Assembly (NCBI GenBank): GCA_964464475.1
Contig: CAYXGG010000005.1
Location: 33,143-97,142 of the forward strand
Source of the DNA: an uncultured Planctomycetales bacterium
Lineage (GTDB): Bacteria; Omnitrophota; Gorgyraeia; Zapsychrales; JAHFFX01
Length of the DNA stretch: 64,000 nucleotides
Direction of reading: 5' to 3'
Below the pieces are notes generated by a model that was not told the DNA's origin, ran no database searches, and was given only the letters and a program-made list of their open reading frames with translations. Below, in pieces: positions 16,767 through 26,604 of the stretch (position 1 is its first letter; every line of letters begins with the position of its first letter). A program made the translations under genes and the position numbers.

Positions 16767-18257
16767 TTAATTCCTTTTATTTTTTTTGGTGCTGGTCGAT
16801 TCTGTGCACGATTGACTCCATAAGATTTTCTTTTGAGTGGAAGAGTCTTGTCCCGGCAGACGCGTCACTCTTTTGATGGTGACAATCTGCAGTGAAGCGA
16901 TTTGTTCGGGCGACGTATGCTTAGAATTCCAACTGCGGCATAAATAGCTCGCATAATGTTTCCACGCGCGTTCTTCATCTCGAATAAGAAAATTCATTTG
17001 AAATTTACGCCAACGTTCATTCTTGAACAGCTTGGCGGCCTCGGGTTTTTCCCAAATAAGCGAAGTGCCAGGTCGGGATGCGTCGACTTGAGTGCCGTTG
17101 TTGAGCGTGGCGGGCACCACCACCCAGCCGCTGATTTTGGAAGGATTAGGAGCAAACATTTTCCAGGCTTGGTCCAAATATAAGAATGTGCTGGCCGTGT
17201 TTAGGGCGGGGGAAAATTTTATTGTTTCTGGAACCAGTCGGGATAGGGTTAAGCCAAAGACAGCGATTAAACAGAGTGCCGCCGTCCCGTTTAGCAACGG
17301 ACTTAACTGGTATTTTGCTGAGTCGGAATTCAAGGCGGTGGGAGATTGGGATAATGCGGAGAACATCGGCAGTATTTTCTGGACTAAATGTGTTTCCCAA
17401 AACCAGGTCGGTAAAAAAAGCGTCATCGCGACAATGCTGATGGCGGGAAAAAGTTCCAAATAGAGGAGAGAATGAAAGCTCATTTGTAACACAATAAAGA
17501 TGAGGGCGGTGAACGTCCGAATTTTTTCATGCCACCAAGGGAGAAAAAGAAGAAAAGGTCCCCACAGTTCAAAATAAAGGATTGCGCGCGTCAGAACTGA
17601 CATGAGGTCGGGGTAATGTAGCAGCCATTCCGCTTGTGGGCGCGCGTAAAGCTCGACGTTGAACGCATAGTATAGGGCGCTTCCGTCATGCCAGGTTTCG
17701 CCCTTCCATTTATGGAGCGCTGTAAAAATATAAACGATAGCAGTTTGTAGCAGCGCGGCGGTTGTCGCCCAGTTAAAAATGCGGGAGGGCCGCTCTATGT
17801 TGTATTTGGACCGTAAGTTATCGAGAGAGAGCCGAATTCCCAACGGTAAAAAAAGACTCCAGAAAAGCATCATCCTTAAATAGTTATCCGCTCCTCCCAG
17901 AATGAGTGGGTTACGTCGCTGGAGAGAGGCTAATAGGATCCAGGATAAGAACGTCATCAGGCCGGTGCGATATCCGACCAGGAGCCCGATGGCGCACAAA
18001 GCTTGCAATAAAAATAGAATGCTTTGGACTTCCACTGTTCCGTTTAGCAGATGCCAGGACATGATTCCCGTGGAAGAGTTTCGCTCCAGAAGGGCTGCAC
18101 GTGGGAGCACTCCGTTATCGGTGTAAAACGCGGTAATGTCTCCGGCGCGAATGGCAAGGTCCCACAAAAGTACGATCGCTAGGCCACATCGAAATAGCAC
18201 TAAAGATCGAACATCAATACCGAATACCCTAGCGAAAAGAGAGGGCTTGTTTTCCAT
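16767..18257 (-). CDS. HTTM-domain protein (vitamin-K-dependent gamma-carboxylase-like). Paralogue of the N-terminal half of 13820-16762.
   Basis: FRCGLAIVLLWDLAIRAGDITAFYTDNGVLP...QRRNPLILGGADNYLRMMLFWSLFLPLG. The C-terminal region shares QAWKMFAP...GW.VVP...ERWRKF...YLCRSWN with the neighbouring gene. The genes are 4 nt apart, consistent with an operon. Confidence 0.8.
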   Translation of the reverse strand: MENKPSLFARVFGIDVRSLVLFRCGLAIVLLWDLAIRAGDITAFYTDNGVLPRAALLERNSSTGIMSWHLLNGTVEVQSILFLLQALCAIGLLVGYRTGLMTFLSWILLASLQRRNPLILGGADNYLRMMLFWSLFLPLGIRLSLDNLRSKYNIERPSRIFNWATTAALLQTAIVYIFTALHKWKGETWHDGSALYYAFNVELYARPQAEWLLHYPDLMSVLTRAILYFELWGPFLLFLPWWHEKIRTFTALIFIVLQMSFHSLLYLELFPAISIVAMTLFLPTWFWETHLVQKILPMFSALSQSPTALNSDSAKYQLSPLLNGTAALCLIAVFGLTLSRLVPETIKFSPALNTASTFLYLDQAWKMFAPNPSKISGWVVVPATLNNGTQVDASRPGTSLIWEKPEAAKLFKNERWRKFQMNFLIRDEERAWKHYASYLCRSWNSKHTSPEQIASLQIVTIKRVTRLPGQDSSTQKKILWSQSCTESTSTKKNKRN

Positions 18258-18433
18258 TCAATTATGGATTTGGTTAGTTTTTGGTCGACCCGTTGTTTAA
18301 GTTAGTGGCAACGGTAATTGATGCAACTATGAACATTATTGTTTAATAAATTTTAGTATAATTGCCCAGGGGAGGCGAGGTAATTGTCAAATTATTTGCT
18401 ATATGAAAGAGATTTATGTCAAAAAAGTGTGCC

Positions 18434-18462
18434 TTGACAAAAGCTTAAAGGCATTTTATAGT
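18434..18462 (+). promoter_or_regulatory. Sigma70-like promoter for the pyrR-pyrB-pyrC operon
   Basis: TTGACA at 18434-18439, 17-bp spacer, TATAGT at 18457-18462. Confidence 0.5.
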
Positions 18463-18481
18463 TGACGCAGTTAACCTTTAA

Positions 18482-19139
<658 letters not shown>

Positions 19140-19156
19140 CTGATTGAGGATGACCC

Positions 19157-20107
19157 ATGGAATGGAACCGAACCGATTTAATTGACCTTAAGGATCTTAG
19201 CCGAGAAGAAATCGAACTCGTTTTAGAGACCGCTAAATCATTTAAAGAGGTTTCTACCCGCGATGTTAAGAAAGTCCCGGCGCTGCGAGGTAAAACGGTC
19301 GTGCTGTTATTTTTTGAAGCGTCGACCCGTACCCGTGTTTCTTTTGAGTTAGCCGCGAAGCGTCTGTCTGCGGATACTATCAGCGTGACGGCCAGCGGCA
19401 GTTCCGCTTCGAAGGGTGAATCAATATTAGATACCGCAAAAAATATTGAAGCTATGCATGTGGATGCGATTGTGGTCCGGCATGGATCAAGTGGCGCGCC
19501 GCAAATTATGGCCGACGCTCTGGGGCCTTCGATTATAAACGCGGGGGACGGGTGTTGTGGTCATCCGACTCAGGCGCTGTTGGATCTGTTTACCATTAAA
19601 GAGCGATTGGGCCGTGTGGCTGGTTTAAAGATTGGGATTGTGGGCGACATTCTGCATTCTCGTGTGGCTCGGTCTAATATTTGGGGCATGACTAAGCTCG
19701 GCGCGGAAGTGACGGTGTGTGGTCCGGCGACCTTAATGCCTCGTGGTATTGAGCAGGCGGGGGTTAAAGTATCCTATGATCTCGTGGATACGATTAAACA
19801 ATGCGATGTTATTATGGCTTTACGGTTGCAGAAGGAGCGCCAGCAAGATAAATTACTTCCTTCCTTGCGCGAATACGCGAAAATGTTTGGGATCAATCAA
19901 GATAAATTAAAACATGCGAAGAAAGATATTCTGGTCATGCATCCCGGGCCCACCAACCGTGGCGTGGAAGTATCGGCAGAAGTCGCTGATGGGGACAAAT
20001 CTTTGATTCTGGAACAGGTGACCAACGGCGTTGCGGTTCGCATGGCCGTATTGTATTTGTTGCTGGGCGCAAAACCAAAACTTGTGGAAGAAGGATCGTC
20101 GATATGA
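19157..20107 (+). CDS. pyrB: Aspartate carbamoyltransferase catalytic subunit
   Basis: STRTR motif in FEASTRTRVSFE. HPTQALLD. 316 aa. Confidence 0.9.
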   Translation: MEWNRTDLIDLKDLSREEIELVLETAKSFKEVSTRDVKKVPALRGKTVVLLFFEASTRTRVSFELAAKRLSADTISVTASGSSASKGESILDTAKNIEAMHVDAIVVRHGSSGAPQIMADALGPSIINAGDGCCGHPTQALLDLFTIKERLGRVAGLKIGIVGDILHSRVARSNIWGMTKLGAEVTVCGPATLMPRGIEQAGVKVSYDLVDTIKQCDVIMALRLQKERQQDKLLPSLREYAKMFGINQDKLKHAKKDILVMHPGPTNRGVEVSAEVADGDKSLILEQVTNGVAVRMAVLYLLLGAKPKLVEEGSSI

Positions 20108-21387
20108 GTTTATTGATTAAGAATGCCATTATTGTTTCGGAGCAGGAGATCAGTGTCAAATCTCAGGATATTCTCATTGAGCACAATAAAATTGTTAAAA
20201 TCGCGTCGACGATTTCAACCCGCGCTGATCAGACCGTTGATGCGAAAAATAAATATGTTTTGCCGGGCTTGATTGATTTGCACGTTCATTTGCGCACTCC
20301 CGGACAGGAGCATAAGGAGACCATTGAGACGGGCTGCCGTTGTGCGGCTAAAGGCGGTTTCACATCGGTCTTTTGCATGCCCAACACGAATCCCGTCATT
20401 GATACGCCCAGCGTGGTGGAGATGATCACTAAAGAAGCGTCGCGGGTGGGACTGGTCAATGTTTATCCGATCGGTGCGATTTCTAAAGGGCAGAAATGCG
20501 AAGAGTTAACTGAAATGGCGGAATTAAAGAATGCCGGATGTGTGGCGTTTTCCGACGATGGAAAAGGCGTTCATAACAGCCAGTTAATGCGGTTGGCTTT
20601 GGAGTATTCGAAGATGCTGGGGTTGCTTTTGATTCAGCATTGCGAAGATCCTTGTCTGAGTAATCATGGGGTAATGAACGAAGGGTATCGTTCGACCGTG
20701 TTGGGGCTTAAAGGCTGGCCGGAAATTGCTGAGACCGTAATGATCGCGCGGGACATTGAACTGGGTCGCTATCTAAATGCACGCGTGCATTTTGCGCATA
20801 TTAGCTGCAAGCGTTCGGTCGAATTGGTTCGCTGGGCTAAGGCCCAGGGTATTCCGGTGACGGCCGAAGCCTGCCCGCATCACTTCACCTTGACAGATGA
20901 GGATGTAAAAAATTATGACACGAATTTTAAAGTCAATCCCCCGCTACGCACTGCAGCGGATGTTCAGGCCATCAAGGAAGGATTAAAAGATGGTACCGTC
21001 GATTGCATCACCACGGATCATGCGCCGCATGCTTTAGAAGAAAAAGAATTGGGATTTGATCAGGCGCCTTTTGGGATGATAGGGTTGGAGACTGCGTTGG
21101 GGTTGGCGGTTAGTGAATTGATCGAGAAAAAAGTTTTGACTTGGCCGCAGCTTGTTGATCGGATGTGTGTGGCTCCTGCCAGAGTGGGTGGTCTTGCGAA
21201 TAAAGGAATCATTAAAGAGGGTACGGACGCGGATGTGACGATCATTGATCCTCATCGCGAATGGACATTTGAGAAAAAAGATATTGCCTCAAAATCAAAG
21301 AATTCTCCCTTCTTGGGTCGGCGGCTCAAAGGATTAGTTGAAACCACCATTTGCGGTGGTAGAATTAGCTACCAAATTGGAAAATAA
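20104..21387 (+). CDS. pyrC: Dihydroorotase
   Basis: DLHVHLRTPG metal-binding motif. CMPNTNP. 427 aa. Overlaps pyrB by 4 nt. Confidence 0.85.
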   Translation: MSLLIKNAIIVSEQEISVKSQDILIEHNKIVKIASTISTRADQTVDAKNKYVLPGLIDLHVHLRTPGQEHKETIETGCRCAAKGGFTSVFCMPNTNPVIDTPSVVEMITKEASRVGLVNVYPIGAISKGQKCEELTEMAELKNAGCVAFSDDGKGVHNSQLMRLALEYSKMLGLLLIQHCEDPCLSNHGVMNEGYRSTVLGLKGWPEIAETVMIARDIELGRYLNARVHFAHISCKRSVELVRWAKAQGIPVTAEACPHHFTLTDEDVKNYDTNFKVNPPLRTAADVQAIKEGLKDGTVDCITTDHAPHALEEKELGFDQAPFGMIGLETALGLAVSELIEKKVLTWPQLVDRMCVAPARVGGLANKGIIKEGTDADVTIIDPHREWTFEKKDIASKSKNSPFLGRRLKGLVETTICGGRISYQIGK

Positions 21388-21449
21388 TTAGGCAAGAATC
21401 AGAAATCAGGTCCCAGAGCACCTCTGGGAAGCTTGTCTTTGAGGGCTGG

Positions 21450-22712
21450 GTGCAAAACAAAATGACATTCATCGCCGACTTCCACATTCATTCTAAGTAT
21501 TCCCGCGCTACCAGCAAAAATCTCGATGTCGAGAATTTAAGTCTTTGGGCCAAGAAAAAAGGGGTGCATCTTCTGGGAACGGGAGATTTTACTCATCCGC
21601 AATGGCTTAAGGAGCTTAAAGCAAAGTTAAAACCTATTGATGGTGATTTGTTTGAGTATAAAGGAACAAATTTCATTCTCACCTCAGAGCTAAGCAATAT
21701 TTATTCAAAGAACGGTCGCGTTTACCGTATTCATACCGTTTATTTGGCGCCCAGTTTTAAGACGGTAGATAAAATTGTGGCTGCGCTGGAAGCGCGCGGC
21801 GCAAATCTCAAGGCCGATGGTCGCCCGATTATCGGCATGGATGTCGAGGAGATGTCGAAGATCATCTTGGATGTTGATCCGCGCGTGTTTATTATTCCCG
21901 CGCATATTTGGACGCCGTGGTTTAGCATGTTTGGTTCCAAGTCGGGATTTGATACGATTGAAGATTGCTGGGGCAAGCTAGCTTCAAAAATTACCTGTGT
22001 TGAAACCGGATTATCATCTGATCCGGCGATGAATTGGCGGCTGAGCTGTTTAGATCGGATGACGTTGGTAAGTAATTCCGACGCACATTCGCCCTCGAAG
22101 ATCGGGCGAGAGGCGAATGTTTTTGATTGTGACATGACCTATGATGATATCGTGGACGTTTTGAGCCACAAAGATCCCAAGCGATTTCTGAAGACCATTG
22201 AATTTTTTCCTGAAGAAGGCAAATATCATTTTGATGGGCATCGAATGTGTCAGGTGTCGTTAGCACCTCCTGAATCAAAGAAGAATAAAAATCTTTGTCC
22301 GGTTTGTGGTAAGGAATTAATTTTGGGAGTCATGCATCGGGTTGAGGAACTTGCCGATCGGCCGGAAGGATATAAACCCAAATCGCCGATTCCTTTTGTT
22401 AATCTTATTCCTTTGGAAGAAATTATTGCTGACGCGCGTGGTCAAGGGGTGCATGCCAAGGGCGTACAGAATGAATATGAAGCCATCCTTAAGGTTCTGG
22501 GCCCCGAGTTGGGCGTGCTGATGGATGTCTCGGAGAAAGATTTGACAAAAATAGCTTCTCCTCGTATTGTGGAAGGCATTCTGCGGGTTCGACAAGGTAA
22601 GGTCAACATCGTGCCTGGGTATGACGGCGAATACGGTAAGATTAGTATTTTTCGTCATGAGCCTTCCAGCAAAAACTTGCCGAAAGATTCGCAGTTAAAA
22701 TTGTTTGCTTGA
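21450..22712 (+). CDS. PHP-domain protein of the TIGR00375 family (endonuclease Q-like)
   Basis: N-terminus FIADFHIHSKYSRATS is a PHP His motif. C-terminal CPVCGKELILGVMHRVEEL is a Zn-ribbon. Confidence 0.45.
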   Translation: MQNKMTFIADFHIHSKYSRATSKNLDVENLSLWAKKKGVHLLGTGDFTHPQWLKELKAKLKPIDGDLFEYKGTNFILTSELSNIYSKNGRVYRIHTVYLAPSFKTVDKIVAALEARGANLKADGRPIIGMDVEEMSKIILDVDPRVFIIPAHIWTPWFSMFGSKSGFDTIEDCWGKLASKITCVETGLSSDPAMNWRLSCLDRMTLVSNSDAHSPSKIGREANVFDCDMTYDDIVDVLSHKDPKRFLKTIEFFPEEGKYHFDGHRMCQVSLAPPESKKNKNLCPVCGKELILGVMHRVEELADRPEGYKPKSPIPFVNLIPLEEIIADARGQGVHAKGVQNEYEAILKVLGPELGVLMDVSEKDLTKIASPRIVEGILRVRQGKVNIVPGYDGEYGKISIFRHEPSSKNLPKDSQLKLFA

Positions 22713-22924
22713 AGAATTTAAGTTTTGTCCCTGTGGCCCGGCTGCCCGTCTCACCGATGGCGAGCCGAGGCGGACCGTTAAGTAGGCTCAACGGCTCCGA
22801 TGTTTGCATGTTAATTTAAAGGTAGTCGGAGTCCCGACTACCACAATATTTTTAGAAGACGTCGGGCATAGAGCGCGGGAACTTTACTCTAAGCAGATGT
22901 TCTCAGAGGCCTACTAAAAATTAT

Positions 22925-23010
22925 GCCCCCGTAGCCTGCCTGACGGAAGTCAGGCTCAACAGATAGAGCACGTGAGCCTTTCTCTAGGCATGGTGCTCTT
23001 AGAGGTTTCT
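22925..23010 (+). pseudogene. Degenerate tRNA-like sequence (pseudo-tRNA-Arg) with a 20-nt hairpin inserted in the D-arm region
   Basis: GCCCCCGTAGC-[ctgcctgacggaagtcaggc]-TCAACAGATAGAGCAC parallels the 5' half of the adjacent tRNA-Arg (GTCCCCGTAGCTCAACGGATAGAGTAC). The 3' half cannot form an anticodon or T arm. Confidence 0.5.
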
Positions 23011-23040
23011 TGAAATAAATTTTTTTGAAAATACATTTAA

Positions 23041-23112
23041 GTCCCCGTAGCTCAACGGATAGAGTACCAGCCTCCGGAGCTGGTGGTACAGGTTCGATTC
23101 CTGTCGGGGACG
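23041..23112 (+). tRNA. tRNA-Arg (anticodon CCG)
   Basis: Acceptor GTCCCCG/CGGGGAC. Anticodon stem CCAGC/GCTGG with loop CTCCGGA gives anticodon CCG. T-arm ACAGG-TTCGATT-CCTGT. Discriminator G. Confidence 0.8.
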
Positions 23113-23273
23113 TATATAAGAACCTCCAAGAGTACCAAAATAAAGAAATAGGCTCACGCCTCCGGAGCTTGGGGTGTAAGCATAGGTTCGGCCTGGCTCT
23201 CCAAAATTAAACTATTGGAAATAGCCAGGGCAGTCCTCATTGTATCTCGCTGGTCTTTTGTTTTTGGAAAATG

Positions 23274-23295
23274 GGGACGATTCCTGTCGGGGGCG
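23274..23295 (+). repeat. Partial direct duplicate of the tRNA-Arg 3' end ('ggggacgattcctgtcgggggcg')
   Basis: 17 of 22 nt match tRNA-Arg 23089-23112. A copy of the anticodon arm ('gcctccggagc') also occurs at 23158-23168. Confidence 0.55.
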
Positions 23296-23523
23296 TAAAT
23301 TTAATGAAGGATGAGGACGATTTTCCAGAATGACGTATTAGTTGGCCCTGTGAATTATTCATCAGGGCCTTATTTACGGTTAGATAGCTAGCGAATTTCT
23401 TTATACGCTAAAGTGATTGTTATTCTTAGAGTTTAGGTCGAGCTTAAAAAAAGTGAACACTAGGGATAGTGGTTATCCACAATTGCTGCACAAGATGTGG
23501 ATAAATTTGTGAAAGGAGCGACG

Positions 23524-24012
23524 ATGAATCAAAAAATCACTATATCTGTGATTGGCGGCCACGACGTAGATGAAGAAGTGGGTGGATTTGCTGAGAAAGT
23601 TGGAAAATTGGTAGCAGAAGTGGGTGGCATTCTTGTTTGTGGCGGTCTTAGGGGAGTAATGGAGGCATCTTGCCGCGGGGCCAAGAAAGCAAAAGGCATG
23701 ACTATTGGGTTATTGCCGGGTAAGGATAAAAATGAAGCTAACCCTTACGTAGATATAGCTTTACCAACTTCTATCGGCTACGCGCGCAATGCGATGGTGG
23801 CTTGCTGTGCGGATATTATCCTAGCGCTACCAGGAAGTAACGGAACTTGCTCGGAAATTTGTTACGGGTTGGTTTATGGACGTCCGGTTTTGGATCTGGG
23901 GGGGTGGAATATGAAGGGAATGATCCCCGTCAAGGATTTAAAAGACGCGCGTCGAAAACTTAAGCATCTAATTAAGCTAATTGAGAGTAACCGAAAAACA
24001 TTGCAGGAATAA
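23524..24012 (+). CDS. TIGR00725-family protein with a LOG/SLOG-type Rossmann fold, related to lysine-decarboxylase-like and DprA-like proteins
   Basis: ITISVIGGHDVDEE...GGILVCGGLRGVMEA...ALPGSNGTCSEI fits the LOG/TIGR00725 pattern. Start taken at the Met preceded by GGAG. Confidence 0.5.
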   Translation: MNQKITISVIGGHDVDEEVGGFAEKVGKLVAEVGGILVCGGLRGVMEASCRGAKKAKGMTIGLLPGKDKNEANPYVDIALPTSIGYARNAMVACCADIILALPGSNGTCSEICYGLVYGRPVLDLGGWNMKGMIPVKDLKDARRKLKHLIKLIESNRKTLQE

Positions 24013-24020
24013 TTTACTTT

Positions 24021-25676
24021 ATGTTTAAGAAGGCTTGGTTCCTTATTGCTTTAATCGGATTCATTATTTATTCAAATTCTTTGGGCAATGAGTTTTGTAA
24101 TGATGATTATAAATTTATTGTTGAGAATCCGTCGATTAAATATTGGAACGATTGGGGTTTTCTGGCCCGAACGTTTAACACACGATTTTTGTTGGGATTG
24201 AGTTTTGCCGCCAACTACGCCGTTGGCCAATTGAATGTTTTTGGTTACCATTTAGTCAATATTTTCATCCACATTCTCAATGCGATTCTGGTTAAGGCGT
24301 TGGTTAGTTTACTTTTTCAAACTTCCCTATTAACTCAGCATCCGTTAAGGTCTAAATCGAATACCGTTGGGTTATTAACGGCACTATTATTTTTAACTCA
24401 TCCGATCCAAACAGAAGCGGTAACTTTTGTCACTCAGCGGGCGGTCTCGCTCGCATCTTTCTTTTACTTGTTATGTTTGGTGTGTTATTTAAAAAATAGA
24501 ATCGCTCGCGATGATCGGTTCTATCTGGCTGCCTTCGGGGCGCTTTTCTTAGGGATGTTAACCAAGGAAATGTTGATCACCGCACCTTTGGCCCTCGTGG
24601 CGCTGGAGGCGTTTTTCTTTTGTCCGCGCGCCCGAGATTTAGTCGCGCCCTGCCGGAAATTGTTGCCATTTTTAGTGATGTTGGCTTTTATTCCGATCTT
24701 GATGTCTCAGGCGACGTTTAATTCGATTCTAAATCTAAAATTTCAAGTCGCTAAAGAATTTAGTTGGGATTATTTTTTTACAGTCATCAATGTCGTTCGC
24801 AGTTATTTAGGTTTGCTGATTTTTCCGCTCAATCAACAGTTGCATTACCTTTATCCGATCGCCAAGGGATTTTCCGAACCGAAAACCTGGTTTTCGTTAT
24901 TGCTAATATTGTCCATCGGCGTTTACGCGTTTAGAAAGTTCCGACAAGATCGGCTGGTCAGCTTTTCTATTCTTTGGTTTTTTGGCACCATGGTGCTGGA
25001 GCTAGGTCATGTCTGCTGGGTTAAGGCGGGAGTGATGTATGACCACTGGCTGTATTTGCCGATGGTGGGGTTTGCTTTACTGTTGGTGCTTTTTGCGGTT
25101 AACGCCGAAATTTTAGGTAACATTTGGATAACCAGAAGTCTTTTGGTCATCGTTGCTTTGTGGTCGGTCTTGACGTATCAGCGTAATTTTGATTGGAAAG
25201 ATGAAATTACGCTATGGTCTGATGGGATTGCAAAGTCTCTCCAAAACTCAACTGCTTATTATGGATTGGCTTCAGCTTATTCTCGACGAGGGGATTACCC
25301 TCGAGCGATGGCGTTGCTTGAAAAAGCTATTGAATATAACCCCAAATATTTAAAGGCGATCGTAGGGCTGGGATCCCAGTATGAGCGTCAGGGCGATTTT
25401 GTTGCCGCGCGCGCACAGTATCGCCGGGCCTTAGATATTGATCCCAATTTTTTTACGGCTTATCTATATACAGGGCAAAGTTTCTTGGCTCAGGGAGATC
25501 CGGCCACGGCCGTTACGTTTTATCAAAAAGCGTTGGCGTGTGAGCCGAATTATTTTTATTCGCATCTTTTGCTGGCCTCGGCCTATAGCGCTATGGGTCG
25601 GGTGAAAGAGGCCGAGGACGCTTTAAAGAAAGCCTATAAGATTAATCCCGATTTATCAAAGTATTTGCCGGGTTAA
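24021..25676 (+). CDS. TMTC-like membrane protein. The N-terminus is a DUF1736/PMT_2-like polytopic glycosyltransferase-like domain and the C-terminus carries TPR repeats.
   Basis: N-terminus IYSNSLGNEFCNDDYKFIVENPSI matches the bacterial TMTC-like start (YxNSLxNxFVxDD). Roughly 10 TM helices. C-terminal TPRs: AYYGLASAYSRRGDYPRAMALLEKAIEYNP...AYLYTGQSF.... Confidence 0.6.
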   Translation: MFKKAWFLIALIGFIIYSNSLGNEFCNDDYKFIVENPSIKYWNDWGFLARTFNTRFLLGLSFAANYAVGQLNVFGYHLVNIFIHILNAILVKALVSLLFQTSLLTQHPLRSKSNTVGLLTALLFLTHPIQTEAVTFVTQRAVSLASFFYLLCLVCYLKNRIARDDRFYLAAFGALFLGMLTKEMLITAPLALVALEAFFFCPRARDLVAPCRKLLPFLVMLAFIPILMSQATFNSILNLKFQVAKEFSWDYFFTVINVVRSYLGLLIFPLNQQLHYLYPIAKGFSEPKTWFSLLLILSIGVYAFRKFRQDRLVSFSILWFFGTMVLELGHVCWVKAGVMYDHWLYLPMVGFALLLVLFAVNAEILGNIWITRSLLVIVALWSVLTYQRNFDWKDEITLWSDGIAKSLQNSTAYYGLASAYSRRGDYPRAMALLEKAIEYNPKYLKAIVGLGSQYERQGDFVAARAQYRRALDIDPNFFTAYLYTGQSFLAQGDPATAVTFYQKALACEPNYFYSHLLLASAYSAMGRVKEAEDALKKAYKINPDLSKYLPG

Positions 25677-25710
25677 GTTTTTCTCAAATTAAGGATAGAA
25701 AATTATAATT

Positions 25711-26535
25711 ATGCCTGAACTTCCGGAAGTTGAAACCATGCGTCGTGATTTGGAGCGGTTGCTCCAGCAACAAATTTTTTCTCAGATTCGGGTCATCGAT
25801 GATCGGGTGATCCGGGGAATTTCTGGCCAGAAGTTCAGGGACGCTTTGCTCGGTGAGCGGATCCAAAGCGTTGGCCGCCGGGGCAAAGCGCTCATCTTTA
25901 ATTTGCGCCAGGACAAGTTTTTGTTGATGCAACCGATGATGACGGGGCATTTTATTTATTTTGCTGCTGGGAAACCCGTTTCGTTTAATCCCGCAACTAA
26001 AATAATTTTTGATTTTAATTCCGGTGACACGATGGTTTATAACGATCACCGGTTGTTTGGGCGGATTTCGCTCGTCAAAGATCTTAGTGAGGTTAAATTT
26101 TTACGAGACATCGGGCCTGAGCCTTGGGACCTGACGTATCAGCGGCCTTGGCTTGCGGCAGCGTTGGGTAAGCGCACGGTACCGATCAAAACACTTTTGA
26201 TGAATCAGCAGTTTTTGGCCGGAATCGGGAATATTTACGCGTCGGAGATTTTGTTTAAGTCCGGTATCAAACCCCAGCGGCGCGCGCAGACACTGAAAGC
26301 ACAGGAAATTGACCAGTTATTTTCCTGGATTCCTAAAGTTTTGGAAGAAGCCATTGCGTTGCGCGGGACTTCCATGTTAACGTATCGGGACACGGCGGGC
26401 GAAAGAGGAAATTTTAGCTCGCGGGTCCAGGTTTATGGGCGGGAAAATCAAGACTGCTACCGTTGTGCCGGCAAGATTCGTAAGATCGTGCAGGCCGGTC
26501 GCAGTACGTTCTTTTGCGCTACTTGCCAGAAATAA
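25711..26535 (+). CDS. mutM: Formamidopyrimidine-DNA glycosylase
   Basis: MPELPEVE N-terminus with catalytic Pro2 and Glu3. H2TH. C-terminal zinc finger CYRCAGKIRKIVQAGRSTFFCATCQ. Confidence 0.85.
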   Translation: MPELPEVETMRRDLERLLQQQIFSQIRVIDDRVIRGISGQKFRDALLGERIQSVGRRGKALIFNLRQDKFLLMQPMMTGHFIYFAAGKPVSFNPATKIIFDFNSGDTMVYNDHRLFGRISLVKDLSEVKFLRDIGPEPWDLTYQRPWLAAALGKRTVPIKTLLMNQQFLAGIGNIYASEILFKSGIKPQRRAQTLKAQEIDQLFSWIPKVLEEAIALRGTSMLTYRDTAGERGNFSSRVQVYGRENQDCYRCAGKIRKIVQAGRSTFFCATCQK

Positions 26536-26604
26536 GATTGCGCGGCCTTAGGGTTCTGTTAGAAAAACACGAGTTGAATTTAGCCAGATCACTCTGGAAG
26601 CATT

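Noticed and set aside
22925-23297. A single roughly 370-nt tRNA with a group I intron, spanning from GCCCCCG at 22925 to CGGGGGC at 23297
   Set aside because: The interval contains a complete independent tRNA-Arg(CCG), there is no recognisable group I core (P, Q, R, S elements), and the interior fragments are partial duplicates of the real tRNA. It is better explained as duplication and insertion scars.
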